Positions 63,989-64,000 of a DNA stretch of 64,000 nucleotides are shown here, piece by piece. The stretch is from contig JAKSIV010000009.1 of assembly GCA_024398635.1 (NCBI GenBank), positions 5,426 through 69,425 of the forward strand, given 5' to 3'. Position 1 is the stretch's first letter, and each line of letters begins with the position of its first letter. Made by a program: the position numbers and the translations under genes. The stretch is from Bacteroidaceae bacterium. Lineage in GTDB: Bacteria; Bacteroidota; Bacteroidia; Bacteroidales; Bacteroidaceae. Under the pieces are notes generated by a model. The model ran no database searches. It worked only from the letters and a program-made list of their open reading frames with translations, and was not told the origin of the DNA.

Positions 63989-64000
63989 CTGTGCCATTTT

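Overview
The window looks like an ordinary chromosomal segment of a Bacteroidota, Bacteroidales-like genome. This is inferred from TAnnTTTG-type -7 promoter boxes with no Shine-Dalgarno signals, many SpII/SpI signal peptides, a TonB-dependent receptor, sulfonolipid genes and roughly 50 percent GC by eye. I call about 55 protein genes and found no rRNA, tRNA, CRISPR array, transposase, integrase or phage genes.

Recognisable content, in order:
- a run of exported TPR/Sel1 proteins of unknown function
- carbohydrate genes: two GH43 enzymes, an aldose epimerase, and a large GH54-type arabinofuranosidase followed by a VKOR-thioredoxin fusion
- an SPFH / ribbon-helix-helix operon and an ABC-F ATPase
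- a TPP-riboswitch-controlled thiamine uptake locus (TonB-dependent receptor plus PnuC-family transporter), followed by an unusual UPRT-like protein and an NCS1 permease
- a three-gene capnine/sulfonolipid-type cluster (alpha-oxoamine synthase, cysteate-synthase-like, SDR)
- tatA and tatC
- a six-gene operon for a membrane-anchored heterodisulfide-reductase-like complex, which is my best candidate for an undescribed system
- two decayed genes (a CE15 esterase and an FGGY kinase) and one stop-less gene fusion
- tilS and a nucleoside permease
- tandem Omp85-like outer membrane proteins co-transcribed with a COG0523 GTPase
- a GGGtGRT / NifU-like pair
- smpB and a lytic transglycosylase
- a His-codon leader-peptide attenuator in front of hisG

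Non-coding structure includes a pair of 151-bp inverted repeats, identical outside one 5-nt loop, that bracket a 3.2-kb four-gene segment. There is also a family of palindromes that carry the stop codons of the adjacent genes.

All functional calls come from reading motifs in the supplied translations and from memory of protein families. No database search was run.
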